A stretch of 64,000 nt of DNA from Candidatus Bathyarchaeota archaeon (GCA_043826455.1 JBDRQD010000002.1:26181-90180), one strand, 5' to 3'. Numbered from the stretch's first letter, positions 1 to 9,478 are shown. Numbers and translations: made by a program. Notes: generated from the sequence alone by a model not told the origin.

Positions 1-101
1 AGCATAACCGTTCCCTCGGGGCAGTAGAGCTGGCAGTTGCCGCAGCCCACGCACTTGTCGGGGTCGGCCTTGGGGGCGAAGGCCCTCACCATCTGGCTCA
101 T
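1..101 (-). CDS. 4Fe-4S ferredoxin / 2-oxoacid:ferredoxin oxidoreductase delta subunit (runs off window edge)
   Basis: Manual translation MSQMVRAFAPKADPDKCVGCGNCQLYCPEG: CxxCxxCxxxCP; ATG overlaps TGA of the gamma-subunit gene (ATGA). Confidence 0.85.
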   Translation of the reverse strand, partial: MSQMVRAFAPKADPDKCVGCGNCQLYCPEGTVM

Positions 102-655
102 CTGGACACCTCCACGGCGTCGTGGCCGCGCTTGCACGCCGCCACGTTCATCTCCCCCAGCCTTCCGGGGAACGCGTGCTTTATGGGTCCGGTGAGGCTC
201 TCCAGCTCCACCCACTCGGTGGCCTTGGCTATGGCGCCCAGCATGATGGTGTTGGTGATGGGTATGGCCCGGGCCCCGAAGAGCTCCGCGCTCATGGCCG
301 TGGCGTCCAGGGTGGCCACCTTCTTGAGCTTGACCCCCAGGTCTACCTCATTGGGCTTCCTGGGGTCGTTGAGCACCACCGTGCCCCCCTTCTTCAGGCC
401 CTGAGTGACGCCCCCCTGCTCCGTGAGGGCGGGATCCAGCACCACTAGGGCGTCCGGCTCGTAGATGCCGCATGTCCGTCTGATGGGCTTGTCGTCCAGG
501 CGGAGGAAAACGGTGACGTCTCCGCCTCGGCGCGCGCCCCCGTAGACAGGGATCTTCTGGGCGTACTTGCCCTCGCTGAAGGCCGCCTCTGCCAGTATGA
601 GGGCCCCCATGACGGCTCCCTGTCCACCCATTCCGTGGAACCTTATCTCGATCAT
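98..655 (-). CDS. 2-oxoacid:ferredoxin oxidoreductase gamma subunit
   Basis: MIEIRFHGMGGQG, YGGARRGG, NTIMLGA motifs; start trimmed to ATG 655. Confidence 0.92.
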   Translation of the reverse strand: MIEIRFHGMGGQGAVMGALILAEAAFSEGKYAQKIPVYGGARRGGDVTVFLRLDDKPIRRTCGIYEPDALVVLDPALTEQGGVTQGLKKGGTVVLNDPRKPNEVDLGVKLKKVATLDATAMSAELFGARAIPITNTIMLGAIAKATEWVELESLTGPIKHAFPGRLGEMNVAACKRGHDAVEVSR

Positions 656-828
656 CTCATCACGACAGAATTCAAGATCAGTATGTTTTCGGTTAGATAA
701 GACTTGCCCGGTCAAGCAGTCCCCGGCCGCGTTTCTACTCAATGGTTCAGCCGCCGCCTTGTTTTCTGTTTACCCGTCTGGGGGTCCCATCATTAACGTC
801 TTATAGACTCGCGGGTGAGTACAATCTG

Positions 829-1497
829 ATGGCTTTGTCAGGCGGGGTCTTGGCTGTGGTCTCTCACCCGGACGACGAGACCTTCGGGTGCGGAGGGACC
901 CTGGCCCTCCACGCGTCCATGGGCGTCCCAGTGAGCGTCCTTTGCCTATCCTGCAATCCACCGGGTAGACGTGGGGAGATCATGGGGGCAGCCGAGGAGC
1001 TGGGCGTCCCCGAGCCCGTGGTCCTCGATGACCTGAGCATCGCGCAGACCCCGGGCCTCATCAGGCGGGTGGCTGACCACATAGTGGCCGCTAAGCCCAA
1101 AGTTGTGTTGACTCACGTCCCCTTCGACTATCACCGTGAGCACAGGGCGACCTACGAGGTGGTGAAGGAGGCCGTGGAGTGGGCGGCCCACACCACTACC
1201 TACGATGAGCCCTGCTTGGTGGAGCGGCTTCTGCTGATGGAGGTGAACACGCTCATACCTAGCCCCCACGTACTGGTGGACGTGTCGGAGGCCATGGACG
1301 CGAAGAGGCGGGCCACCAAGCGGTACACGTCCCAGCTGGCCAAGTTCACATGGGGCTACTATGAGAGGTTCAACGAGAAGAAGGCCGAGCTCCGCGGCGT
1401 CCAGGGCGGCTGCTCCTACGCCGAGGCTTTCCAGGAGGAGCCCCTGGCCAGGAGCGGCCCCTTCTACCCGGTGAAGAGCGTCAGGAGCCTCCTCTGA
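829..1497 (+). CDS. bshB: PIG-L/LmbE family deacetylase, probable GlcNAc-malate deacetylase
   Basis: HPDDE and HxxH (HREH) motifs, YAEAF tail; lies in the bshC/bshA cluster; start trimmed to ATG 829. Confidence 0.75.
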   Translation: MALSGGVLAVVSHPDDETFGCGGTLALHASMGVPVSVLCLSCNPPGRRGEIMGAAEELGVPEPVVLDDLSIAQTPGLIRRVADHIVAAKPKVVLTHVPFDYHREHRATYEVVKEAVEWAAHTTTYDEPCLVERLLLMEVNTLIPSPHVLVDVSEAMDAKRRATKRYTSQLAKFTWGYYERFNEKKAELRGVQGGCSYAEAFQEEPLARSGPFYPVKSVRSLL

Positions 1498-1544
1498 GCC
1501 TCAAGGTTTAAACCGGCTCCGCGCCGTCTTTTCTGGGAGGAAAC

Positions 1545-2492
1545 TTGAATCTCTACGGGCTCAAGGTCATAGACTTCCACAGCCACTTCCCCGTCCAGAG
1601 GGGCGGCGGAGGGGGAGGCTACTGGCAGCGGGTGGTCGAGAAGTACGGGGAGGAGCGGGCCACCATCATCATCCAGAACAGCCGAAGGTACAGGGACGAC
1701 TGGAGGCGGATGTGGGGCTTCGAGGCTCCGGAGGAGGGGACCCACAGCGACGAGGAGCAGGCGGAGCGCTGGGTGGCTGACCTGGACGCCAAGGGCGTGG
1801 AGAGGGTGAACTTCGTCACCGGAGGCGGCAACGACAACCTGGTCAAGGTTGTGGCCATGCACCCCGACAGGTTCACTGGGTTCGCCCACCACGACCCCTT
1901 CAGCGAGGACGCGGCCGGTGAACTGGAGCGGGCCGTGAAGGATCTGGGCCTAAGAGGCTACAAGCTGATATCGTCGAGCCTGACTCAGCCGGTGGACGAC
2001 AAGTCGCTTTACCCCCTTTGGGAGGCGGCTGAGAGGCTGAAGGTGCCCGTGCTCATCCACTTCGGCGTCCTTGGGGGAGGAGGGGGCCCCTCCAGGGACC
2101 TGAGGAACATGGATCCGCTGACTCTGTGGGAGGTGGCCGCCAGTTTCCCGACGCTAAACTTCGTGGTACCCCACTTCGGGGCCTGTTACCTCCGGGAACT
2201 CCTTCAGCTGTGCTGGAGCTGCCCCAACGTGCTGATGGACACCTCGGGGAGCAACCAGTGGACCAGGTGGATGCCATACAGGCTGACCCTGGAGGACGTA
2301 TTCAGGAAGGCCATAGAGACGGTTGGCCCAGACAGGATCGTTTTCGGCACCGACTCCAGCTACTTCCCCAGGGGCTTTGCCCAGGAGTACCTGAGGGAGC
2401 AGCTGATGATATGCCGCAGCATCGGCCTGGAGCAGGGCACGGTTGAGAAGATATTCAGCGGGAACGCGGCCCGGCTGCTCAGGCTCTCTTGA
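1545..2492 (+). CDS. Amidohydrolase family protein (Amidohydro_2-like)
   Basis: DFHSH, PVLIHFG, VPHFG, FGTDS motifs. Confidence 0.88.
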   Translation: MNLYGLKVIDFHSHFPVQRGGGGGGYWQRVVEKYGEERATIIIQNSRRYRDDWRRMWGFEAPEEGTHSDEEQAERWVADLDAKGVERVNFVTGGGNDNLVKVVAMHPDRFTGFAHHDPFSEDAAGELERAVKDLGLRGYKLISSSLTQPVDDKSLYPLWEAAERLKVPVLIHFGVLGGGGGPSRDLRNMDPLTLWEVAASFPTLNFVVPHFGACYLRELLQLCWSCPNVLMDTSGSNQWTRWMPYRLTLEDVFRKAIETVGPDRIVFGTDSSYFPRGFAQEYLREQLMICRSIGLEQGTVEKIFSGNAARLLRLS

Positions 2493-2537
2493 AAGGTTTT
2501 TATGAGCTCCCTCTGATGTGCATCCTATAAGTGGGGC

Positions 2538-4262
2538 ATGCACTTGGAGAACACTGCGCCGGCGCACCTGATCTACAGCGACTACGTGGAGAAGGGATTG
2601 AGGGCGGAGCTGGCCCAGGCTCTTTGGGGGCAGATACCGTCCATCATGGGTGACGCCTACGAGGCATTACCCAGGATTCGCTCAAAGTACGAGGCCTCCG
2701 CGGAGATCGAGGGCTTCAAGAAGGCTCTGAAGAACGAGATGAGGTCCATGGGGCTCCTCACGGGCCGGGTGGAGGCGAGCATCGACCGCTTGGACCGTGG
2801 CGTCGTGGAGACGGGCCAGCAGCCCATGTGCTTGGGGGGTCCCAGCCTGATCCTGAACAAGTTGGCGTACGCCCACAGCCTATGCGGCATGGGGGACCAC
2901 GGCTACGTCCCCCTATTCTATAACGCCGACTATGACGGTGTACAGGCCGAGCTGCTGAACATCCGGCTGCCTAGTCCCTCCTCGCATGGTTTGCTGCTTT
3001 CTTACCCGTCTGAGCTGGGTGACGAGGGTGTGCCCATCCGCCTGCTCCATAACCCGTCTGAGGACTGGTTTAGAAAGACTGTTGAGAAGATCGAAGGCAA
3101 CGTCAAGGGGATCATGAAGGGGGTGAACCAGGATGATCAGGAGAGGGTGGCTCAGAGGCTGAGCCACGCCCTGACCATCATCAGGGGCGCCTACTTCAGC
3201 ACTGGCAATGTGTCGGACTGGGCCGCCAAGACCCTGGGGATCATCATCAATTTGGAGGCCGACATGGGTGTGCCCGTGGTCTCCCCCAGCAAACCTGAGC
3301 TCAGGCCCTTCTTCCAGGATGGGTACGAGTTCCTTCTCTCGGAGCCCACCCGCAGCCGCTTCGTGGAGGCATCCAACAGAGCCGCTGAGCTGGTGGAGGG
3401 TGCCGGGTACAGGGCGCAGATAGGGTTGCGGGGCCGGGACTACGTCCCCTTCTTCCTGGAATGTATGACGCCGGGCTGCAGGCGGAGCCGCGTCGAGCTG
3501 AAGTACGACGCTGGTGTGGTTAAGGGGAAGTGCCCCAAGTGTGGGGAGGAGTACGAGTTCAGCTTCAACCCTGGCAGCCCCGACCTCACCGACATCATCG
3601 ACTGGATATCACCTAGAGTGGACTCTAGGCAGATCATAGTGGACTCTGTAATGCCCGTGCTGGCCCACGTGGGGGGCCCCGGTGAGACCAGCTACTACGC
3701 TGAGGTGATCCCCGCGGCCAGCGAGCTGGGTGTACCGTTCCCTCAGTACCTGCGCTACACCAGGGTCTTCTATAACACGCCGTGGAACGAGGCCGCCGCT
3801 AAGGAGGTGGAGGCCCTGGGCCTCCCGATGATCCTTGGCGAGGCCCTCTTCGCCGCCCTCGGGAAGTGGGTTGAGGCGCGTAACTCAGAGAACGGGGCGG
3901 CGCTGGCTGAGGCTCACAGAGCCATCCGGGCTTCCATTGATGGGAGCTTCGGCGCCCTGGTGGGCGAGGCTGAGAGGCTTCAGGGGGAGATCGAGGGCAT
4001 CAAGGGTCAGCTGGGCTCCGTGAAGGAGCGGGGGCCCCTCATCAGGGAGATGAGGGAGAAGCAGGGTAGACTCGGAGCCCTCGACCAGTACCTGTCCTGG
4101 GCCTACGGCAGGTTCAGCCCTGAGCGGTTCGGCCAGGAGGTCAGCTGGCACTGGCTGGACCTGGCCACGGTCACAGGCTTGGGGGACCTCATGGGGGTCT
4201 TCGACCGAGTCTATAACAGGTGGACGCCCAACAGCTCCGTCTACTTCGCCAACACGGGCTAG
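2538..4262 (+). CDS. bshC: Bacillithiol synthase BshC-like cysteine-adding enzyme
   Basis: ETGQQP, PLFYNADYD, GGPGETSYYA motifs, C-terminal coiled coil and ERFGQE (QER-like) segment, 574 aa; next to bshA. Confidence 0.82.
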   Translation: MHLENTAPAHLIYSDYVEKGLRAELAQALWGQIPSIMGDAYEALPRIRSKYEASAEIEGFKKALKNEMRSMGLLTGRVEASIDRLDRGVVETGQQPMCLGGPSLILNKLAYAHSLCGMGDHGYVPLFYNADYDGVQAELLNIRLPSPSSHGLLLSYPSELGDEGVPIRLLHNPSEDWFRKTVEKIEGNVKGIMKGVNQDDQERVAQRLSHALTIIRGAYFSTGNVSDWAAKTLGIIINLEADMGVPVVSPSKPELRPFFQDGYEFLLSEPTRSRFVEASNRAAELVEGAGYRAQIGLRGRDYVPFFLECMTPGCRRSRVELKYDAGVVKGKCPKCGEEYEFSFNPGSPDLTDIIDWISPRVDSRQIIVDSVMPVLAHVGGPGETSYYAEVIPAASELGVPFPQYLRYTRVFYNTPWNEAAAKEVEALGLPMILGEALFAALGKWVEARNSENGAALAEAHRAIRASIDGSFGALVGEAERLQGEIEGIKGQLGSVKERGPLIREMREKQGRLGALDQYLSWAYGRFSPERFGQEVSWHWLDLATVTGLGDLMGVFDRVYNRWTPNSSVYFANTG

Positions 4263-4852
4263 TCCCCGTGCCGCTTCCTGAGGGGCGGGGAGAGCCTCAC
4301 CATGGTGAGCATTCGCTCGAATATGTCCACCCACTCGGCCATATCGGCCTCCAGGGCCCTCGGGCTGAGTACGCCCTGGGGCTGCCCTCGGCCTATCTCC
4401 CTGGACGCCTTGGCCCTGTAGACTGTGACTAGTCTGTCTCCGAAGCGGCCCACCTCCCAGAAGTCCTCTGTGAGGAAGATCACCATGGGCACTCTGAGGG
4501 CGCCGAGGATGCGCAGCTCGTCCTGAAGCTCCTCCGACGCCTCCCGGTCAATGACCCTGAGGTGGACCCTTTCACCGGCTGTGTCAGCCAGCTTATTGAG
4601 CATGGGGCCCTGCCTGGCGCAGTCGCCGCACCAGATGCCCCCGTACATGAGGACGTTGAGCTCCCTGTCCCAGCCCTGGAGCCGCTCCTCCTGATCCGGT
4701 GTGAGTTCGGGCAGTCGCTCCGCGTTCTCCCTCCACCTTGCGGCTTTCTCCTGGTCGGACTCGTCGATGAAATCGTCGTAGGGCTTGGCCATGTTGAAGT
4801 GGCGCTTCCAGAACTCTGCCCTCTTGTCGTAGTAGGTCGGATTCTCGGTCAC
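4259..4852 (-). CDS. Thioredoxin family protein (WCGDC, Thioredoxin_9-like)
   Basis: GIWCGDC motif, cis-Pro region RVPMV. Confidence 0.85.
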   Translation of the reverse strand: MTENPTYYDKRAEFWKRHFNMAKPYDDFIDESDQEKAARWRENAERLPELTPDQEERLQGWDRELNVLMYGGIWCGDCARQGPMLNKLADTAGERVHLRVIDREASEELQDELRILGALRVPMVIFLTEDFWEVGRFGDRLVTVYRAKASREIGRGQPQGVLSPRALEADMAEWVDIFERMLTMVRLSPPLRKRHGD

Positions 4853-4885
4853 ATCGAATTGGATTGAGGCCGCACCATATATTGG

Positions 4886-5992
4886 TTAGCCTGTGACCCG
4901 CCTGTAGACGTCCAGGTACTGCTGCACAACCTTCTCGGTGCTGTAGCGCTCCACCACGGTCTCCCGTGCCGCGGCCCCCATCCTCTTCAGCTTCTCCCTG
5001 TCGCCGTGGAGCTCAAGTATCTTCTCTGCTATGTCCTCCGGGTGCTTGAGGGGCACCAGGAACCCGTTGCGGCCGTCCTCTACGATCTCCGGTATGCCGC
5101 CCACGTTGGTGGCTACCACCGGGAGACCTGTGCTCATGGCCTCCAGGATGGTGAGTGGGGCGCTCTCCGTCTCGCTGGGCAGCACCAGGGTGTCAACGCA
5201 TCTGAGGAGGTCCGGGACGTCGCTCCTGTAGCCGGTTAGAACCACGTTGCGGCGGAGGTCCATCTTGTCGATGAGGCGCTCCACCCTGTGCCTCTCGGGG
5301 CCGTCCCCGATGAGCATCAGCTTGGCCTTGGGCGCCGTCTTGGTGACCATGCACATGGCGTAGACCAGGTCGTCCACCCTCTTCACGGGCCTGAAGTTGC
5401 TTACGTGGGCAACGACGATGTCCCGCTCAGGCTGCTCCATGAGCTCGCAGGGGGCCGGTGAGTAGACCTCTGTGTCCACGAAGTTAGGTATCACCTTGAT
5501 CGCGTTGTTGATCCCCAAGTTGTTCTTGGCCTCGTCGGCCATGAACCTGGAGACGGCTGTCACGGCGTCGGCCTGCTCCACGCTGAAGGTGTTCACAGGC
5601 TCGTAGCTTGGGTCGCTTCCCAAGATGGTGACATCGCTGCCGTGCAGCGTCACCACGTAGGGCTTCCCTGTGAGGCCCCTGCTCAGGTAGGCGGCGGTCG
5701 CGTGAGGGATGCTGTAGTGGACGTGGAGGAGGTCTAGGCCACGCTTCACGGTGACGCGGCTCATCTCGCTGCCCAGGGCGATGGTGTAGGGAGGGTACTT
5801 GAAGAGGGGGTACTCTAGGACGCTCACCAGGTGAACGTACACGTTCTCCGGGTCCACCCCCTGGATGGCCACAGGCCGCTCATATGTGATAAAGTGGGCC
5901 TCGTGGCCCCTCTTGGCGTACTCGACGCCCAGCCTTGTGGCCAGGATGCCGCTGCCCCCCACCGTGGGGTAACATGTTATGCCTATCCTCAA
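4886..5992 (-). CDS. bshA: N-acetyl-alpha-D-glucosaminyl L-malate synthase
   Basis: MRIGITCYPTVGGSG, YPLFKYPPY, HVHYSIPHA, TLHGSD, HVSNFRPVKR: near-diagnostic BshA signatures. Confidence 0.95.
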   Translation of the reverse strand: MRIGITCYPTVGGSGILATRLGVEYAKRGHEAHFITYERPVAIQGVDPENVYVHLVSVLEYPLFKYPPYTIALGSEMSRVTVKRGLDLLHVHYSIPHATAAYLSRGLTGKPYVVTLHGSDVTILGSDPSYEPVNTFSVEQADAVTAVSRFMADEAKNNLGINNAIKVIPNFVDTEVYSPAPCELMEQPERDIVVAHVSNFRPVKRVDDLVYAMCMVTKTAPKAKLMLIGDGPERHRVERLIDKMDLRRNVVLTGYRSDVPDLLRCVDTLVLPSETESAPLTILEAMSTGLPVVATNVGGIPEIVEDGRNGFLVPLKHPEDIAEKILELHGDREKLKRMGAAARETVVERYSTEKVVQQYLDVYRRVTG

Positions 5993-6050
5993 GACGGGTC
6001 ACCGTAATGCTATACTGACTAGAAAGAAAGGATGGGATAAAAAGGTGGGG

Positions 6051-6524
6051 TTAGGTGCCCTTCATGCGCTTCTCGACGCCCAGGATGGCGGCGATCTGGC
6101 CCTCGTGGTGGATGATCTCGCTGATGGCTAACATCAGGTACTTCTCCTTGGGCTGGACACCGTAGAACCAGTCCAGGGGCTCGGCCAGGTCCTTGTCCTT
6201 GAGCCTGTTGAGGGTCTTGATCAGGTTCTCCTTGCCGACCTTGATGTCCCCCATGATCTTGTCTAGGGAGTAGCTGGTGTTGCCCACGTAGTCCTTGGGC
6301 CACCCTTTGGGGGTGTAATCCTTGTCTCCCTTGACAATCTTGGGGATGAAGGCGTGGAGCTCGCTGGACAGGTGGGTCAGTATCCACCGTATGGTGTTGG
6401 CCTGGGGGCAGCTCTTCCAGTCAAGCTGCTCAGGCTTCAGGTCCTTTGTGGCTCGTTCTAGGCGTTCGAAGCCTAGCATCGCGAAGCCCTTCAAAGAGTC
6501 AGTCTTCTTGGTCATGTTAATCAC
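6051..6524 (-). CDS. DinB/YfiT superfamily protein (S-transferase-like)
   Basis: NTIRWILTHL and EIIHHEGQI motifs. Confidence 0.85.
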   Translation of the reverse strand: MINMTKKTDSLKGFAMLGFERLERATKDLKPEQLDWKSCPQANTIRWILTHLSSELHAFIPKIVKGDKDYTPKGWPKDYVGNTSYSLDKIMGDIKVGKENLIKTLNRLKDKDLAEPLDWFYGVQPKEKYLMLAISEIIHHEGQIAAILGVEKRMKGT

Positions 6525-6595
6525 GTTAAAACTGGGTACAACCTAGTTGGCTTGTACCGGTAATAATACTTTTGATCCGAAGAAAAAAAGGGGAT

Positions 6596-7075
6596 TTACT
6601 TGAGGAAGCCGGGGTCCTTCTCCTTGAGGCGCTTCACTGTGCCCCTGATGTAGGCGATCTGGCCCCTGTGATGGTACAGCTCACCTATGTAGGCGAATAT
6701 CCCCGTCTTCCGCTTCTGCTTGCCTCCCCAGAGGGGTATCTCCTCCTCCAGCTGCTCGTCCTTGAGCTTGGCGAGGCCCTCAACGGCGGCCTTCTTACCG
6801 GCCTTGATGTCCTTCATCAGCTTCTCCAGGCTGTAGGCCTGGTCGCGGTAGTCCTCTGGCCACCCCTTGGGGCTCCAGTTGGGGTCCGCCTTGACGATGC
6901 GGGGGATGCTCATGTTCACGATCCTGCTCAGGTGGTTCAGGTTCCACTGGATACTGTTGGACTCCGACGTGAGCTTGTATGTGAACTCCTTCTCGCCCAG
7001 GTTCTCGGCGTGCCTGTCCAGGCTGTCGATGACGTACCCGAGCTGCTCTGCAAGTATTGACGTTTTGTCTCCCAT
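6596..7075 (-). CDS. DinB/YfiT superfamily protein, paralogue of the adjacent gene
   Basis: NSIQWNLNHL, ELYHHRGQI; shares PKGWPxDY..YSLxK.M.DIK with 6051-6524. Confidence 0.85.
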   Translation of the reverse strand: MGDKTSILAEQLGYVIDSLDRHAENLGEKEFTYKLTSESNSIQWNLNHLSRIVNMSIPRIVKADPNWSPKGWPEDYRDQAYSLEKLMKDIKAGKKAAVEGLAKLKDEQLEEEIPLWGGKQKRKTGIFAYIGELYHHRGQIAYIRGTVKRLKEKDPGFLK

Positions 7076-7125
7076 AGAAACACCATGATCAGTGTTGAAC
7101 GGGCGCTTATAACGCGTTCCCCCAC

Positions 7126-7893
7126 CTACGCCTCTCTCATCTTCTCAACGAAGCCCACCAGGTACTCCACCGTCTTCTCGTAGAGCTGTCTCCCCTTCTC
7201 GGCTGAGCCCCGCGTAGGGTCACCCATGAAGCCGCTGGGCTCCACCTCCTCGGCCCAGTAGTAGACGCTCTGAGGGTGGCCGTCGAACACGTGGGTGCCG
7301 TAACTCCGGGTCTCCAAGCCCTCCAGCGGCTGGTTCAGAGGCTTGAGCTCGGCCCTGCTCATATCCACCAGCTCCGGGTGCAGGTGCAGCATCACCGATG
7401 TTACGGGCTCGCCGCCGTGCCCCATCCTGAGGCCTGGGCCCCAGAAGTCCTTGGGGGTCATCTGGGTGACGACGCCCCAGACGTGGATGACGGCGCACAG
7501 GGCCCCAGCCTCCTCCCTGAGCCTGTATGAGACCTCTCTGAGGGCGGGGAGGTTGTCGCCGCCGTGGGCGCTGAAGAAGATGATCTTCCTGAAGCCGCAT
7601 TTAGCTAGGCCCAGGCACGCCTCGTAGACGTACCGGCTCAGGGTCTCCATGCTCACAGTCATGGTGCCGGGGAAGTGCTTGTAGGGCTCGGAGACGCCGA
7701 AGGGGATCACCGGAGTGACGGGCACCCGGATCCTCTCCCCCACGTCCCTGGCCGCGGCCTCGGCCAGCAGGTAGCAGCAGCCCACCGGCTTGTGGGCTCC
7801 GTGAGGCTCCATGCTGCCCAGGGGCACTATGACGGTGTCGGCGGCCTCCTCCTCTATGGTGACCCAGCTCTTATGGTGCAGGTAGAATGACAA
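7126..7893 (-). CDS. Creatininase family protein (divergent metal site)
   Basis: PLGSMEPHG.H, FPGT, HGG, GDPT..SAEKG motifs. Confidence 0.85.
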   Translation of the reverse strand: MSFYLHHKSWVTIEEEAADTVIVPLGSMEPHGAHKPVGCCYLLAEAAARDVGERIRVPVTPVIPFGVSEPYKHFPGTMTVSMETLSRYVYEACLGLAKCGFRKIIFFSAHGGDNLPALREVSYRLREEAGALCAVIHVWGVVTQMTPKDFWGPGLRMGHGGEPVTSVMLHLHPELVDMSRAELKPLNQPLEGLETRSYGTHVFDGHPQSVYYWAEEVEPSGFMGDPTRGSAEKGRQLYEKTVEYLVGFVEKMREA

Positions 7894-7939
7894 TCTGATC
7901 GGTTGAGGGTCAGCGCCTCGGTTTAAAGAACTTGTGAGG

Positions 7940-8236
7940 CTACCGGAGCCGCCCGCCGCTCACCCTGTTGAAGAGCCTGATGAGGTTGCCGCTCCTAAGG
8001 AGCCTGTGGAACTGTTCGCCGCGCTCCGTCTTCTTGTAGTAGTAGTTGCGGCCTTCCCTGCGCTCCGCGAGCACCTTCTCCGGGAGCATGAAGTCCTCCA
8101 CCCACTTCTTGAACTGGGCATCATTACCCAGCACCTTTATGAGGTCCCACTTGGTGGCCTCGCCGCGCTCCTCCACTGTGTCCAGTAGCTCCAGCGCTAT
8201 GACGTCGGGGGTGCGGCGTACACTCAACCTGCTCAC
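7940..8236 (-). CDS. Small winged-helix DNA-binding protein
   Basis: RRTPD..ALELL start, wing YYYKKTERG typical of archaeal wHTH. Confidence 0.7.
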   Translation of the reverse strand: MSRLSVRRTPDVIALELLDTVEERGEATKWDLIKVLGNDAQFKKWVEDFMLPEKVLAERREGRNYYYKKTERGEQFHRLLRSGNLIRLFNRVSGGRLR

Positions 8237-8559
8237 TTTTTCAGCTTCTTGCGGAGATCGAAGAGCCTGCTGTACCTGCTCCTCAGCTCTATGTACTTGT
8301 GGATGTTGAAGAGTCCTACGATGAGGTTGGAGCCCGGCGCGATGATCATCGCCAGTATGAAGAGGGGGTCGTCGAGGTTACCGTAGCGGAGGCCGATGAA
8401 GAGGACGTACACGCCGAGAGCTATGACCAGGACCCCCGCGGCCCCCACGTAGGTGACGCCTGAGAGCAGGTCCCCTACTAGGGTCTCGGAGTCGTCTATT
8501 ATGCCATCGAGTATGGTGTTCCAGTTGACGAGCTCCTCGTCCACATCTTTCTTCGCCAT
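8233..8559 (-). CDS. Hypothetical two-TM membrane protein
   Basis: Two hydrophobic segments; stop overlaps next start (GTGA). Confidence 0.7.
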   Translation of the reverse strand: MAKKDVDEELVNWNTILDGIIDDSETLVGDLLSGVTYVGAAGVLVIALGVYVLFIGLRYGNLDDPLFILAMIIAPGSNLIVGLFNIHKYIELRSRYSRLFDLRKKLKK

Positions 8560-8641
8560 GTTTATCAGGGGTTCAGTGTCCGATGACGTTAAAACGGTTG
8601 TTCTGAAGACAGCGCCGTGTCTAGTTCCAGAAAAAGGGGGG

Positions 8642-9478
8642 TTAGGGCCTGATGGGCGCCTGCACCTCGGTCATGATCTCGTCAGGGGCCACCTTGTTGG
8701 GGTCGTTGAGGTACAGGTCCCTCATGGGGCCGGCGATCTCCAGGCTCTTCTCCGAGACGTAGCCGTGGAGCCTCTGGTACGCCTGCCCTATGGTCTCGTA
8801 GCTGCCTCTGTGGACGAGGCTCACCACCCTGCAGGGCTCCAGGTTCCTGACCTCCACGGCGGGGTCCTCCACCACCAGCTTCCCCGTGACGGGGACGGCC
8901 ACCTCTACGTCGGCGCCCTCCTCCTTGTACTCCTCGTCATGGTAGATGGTCATCACCGGGCCCACAATCTTCACGTAGTTTCGCTGGTTCTCGGGGGCGT
9001 ATAGCACCCTCATGAGGTCGCCTATCAGCCTCCCAATGGTCTCGTCGTAGCTGCCGGTCTCCCTCTTGCTGAGGACACGGAGCCCGGGGACGTCCTTCAC
9101 CACGGGGTCGGACATGGTCACTTTAAACATCTCCTCCTTCTGGTTTCCTCTGAGCAACGACACGACCCGCTGGAGCCTGGTGAGCTCCCTCTCGGCGTCA
9201 CCCAGGCGCAAGCTGAGGAGCTTATCCTGGGCGTCTCCGTCTCCCCTGTCCTCAGCCTCGAAGTATGCCGCCATCTCCTCGACGCTGAACCCCAGGTCGG
9301 ATAGCTGCCTGATCTTGACGCCCCTCTGAATCTGGGCGCCCGTGTAGTACCTGTAGCCCGTGAAGGGGTCCTTGGCGCCGGGCACCAGGAGCCCCTTGGC
9401 GTCGTAGTAGCGGAGGGCCTTCTGGCTGAGGCGGGTGACCACGCTGAACCTGCCGATGGATATCTGGTCGACCGTCAT
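8642..9478 (-). CDS. MerR family regulator with GyrI-like effector domain (BmrR-like)
   Basis: ISIGRFS..LSQKALRYYD..GYRYY; C-terminal H.GSYE..YLNDP..TEVQAP. Confidence 0.92.
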   Translation of the reverse strand: MTVDQISIGRFSVVTRLSQKALRYYDAKGLLVPGAKDPFTGYRYYTGAQIQRGVKIRQLSDLGFSVEEMAAYFEAEDRGDGDAQDKLLSLRLGDAERELTRLQRVVSLLRGNQKEEMFKVTMSDPVVKDVPGLRVLSKRETGSYDETIGRLIGDLMRVLYAPENQRNYVKIVGPVMTIYHDEEYKEEGADVEVAVPVTGKLVVEDPAVEVRNLEPCRVVSLVHRGSYETIGQAYQRLHGYVSEKSLEIAGPMRDLYLNDPNKVAPDEIMTEVQAPIRP

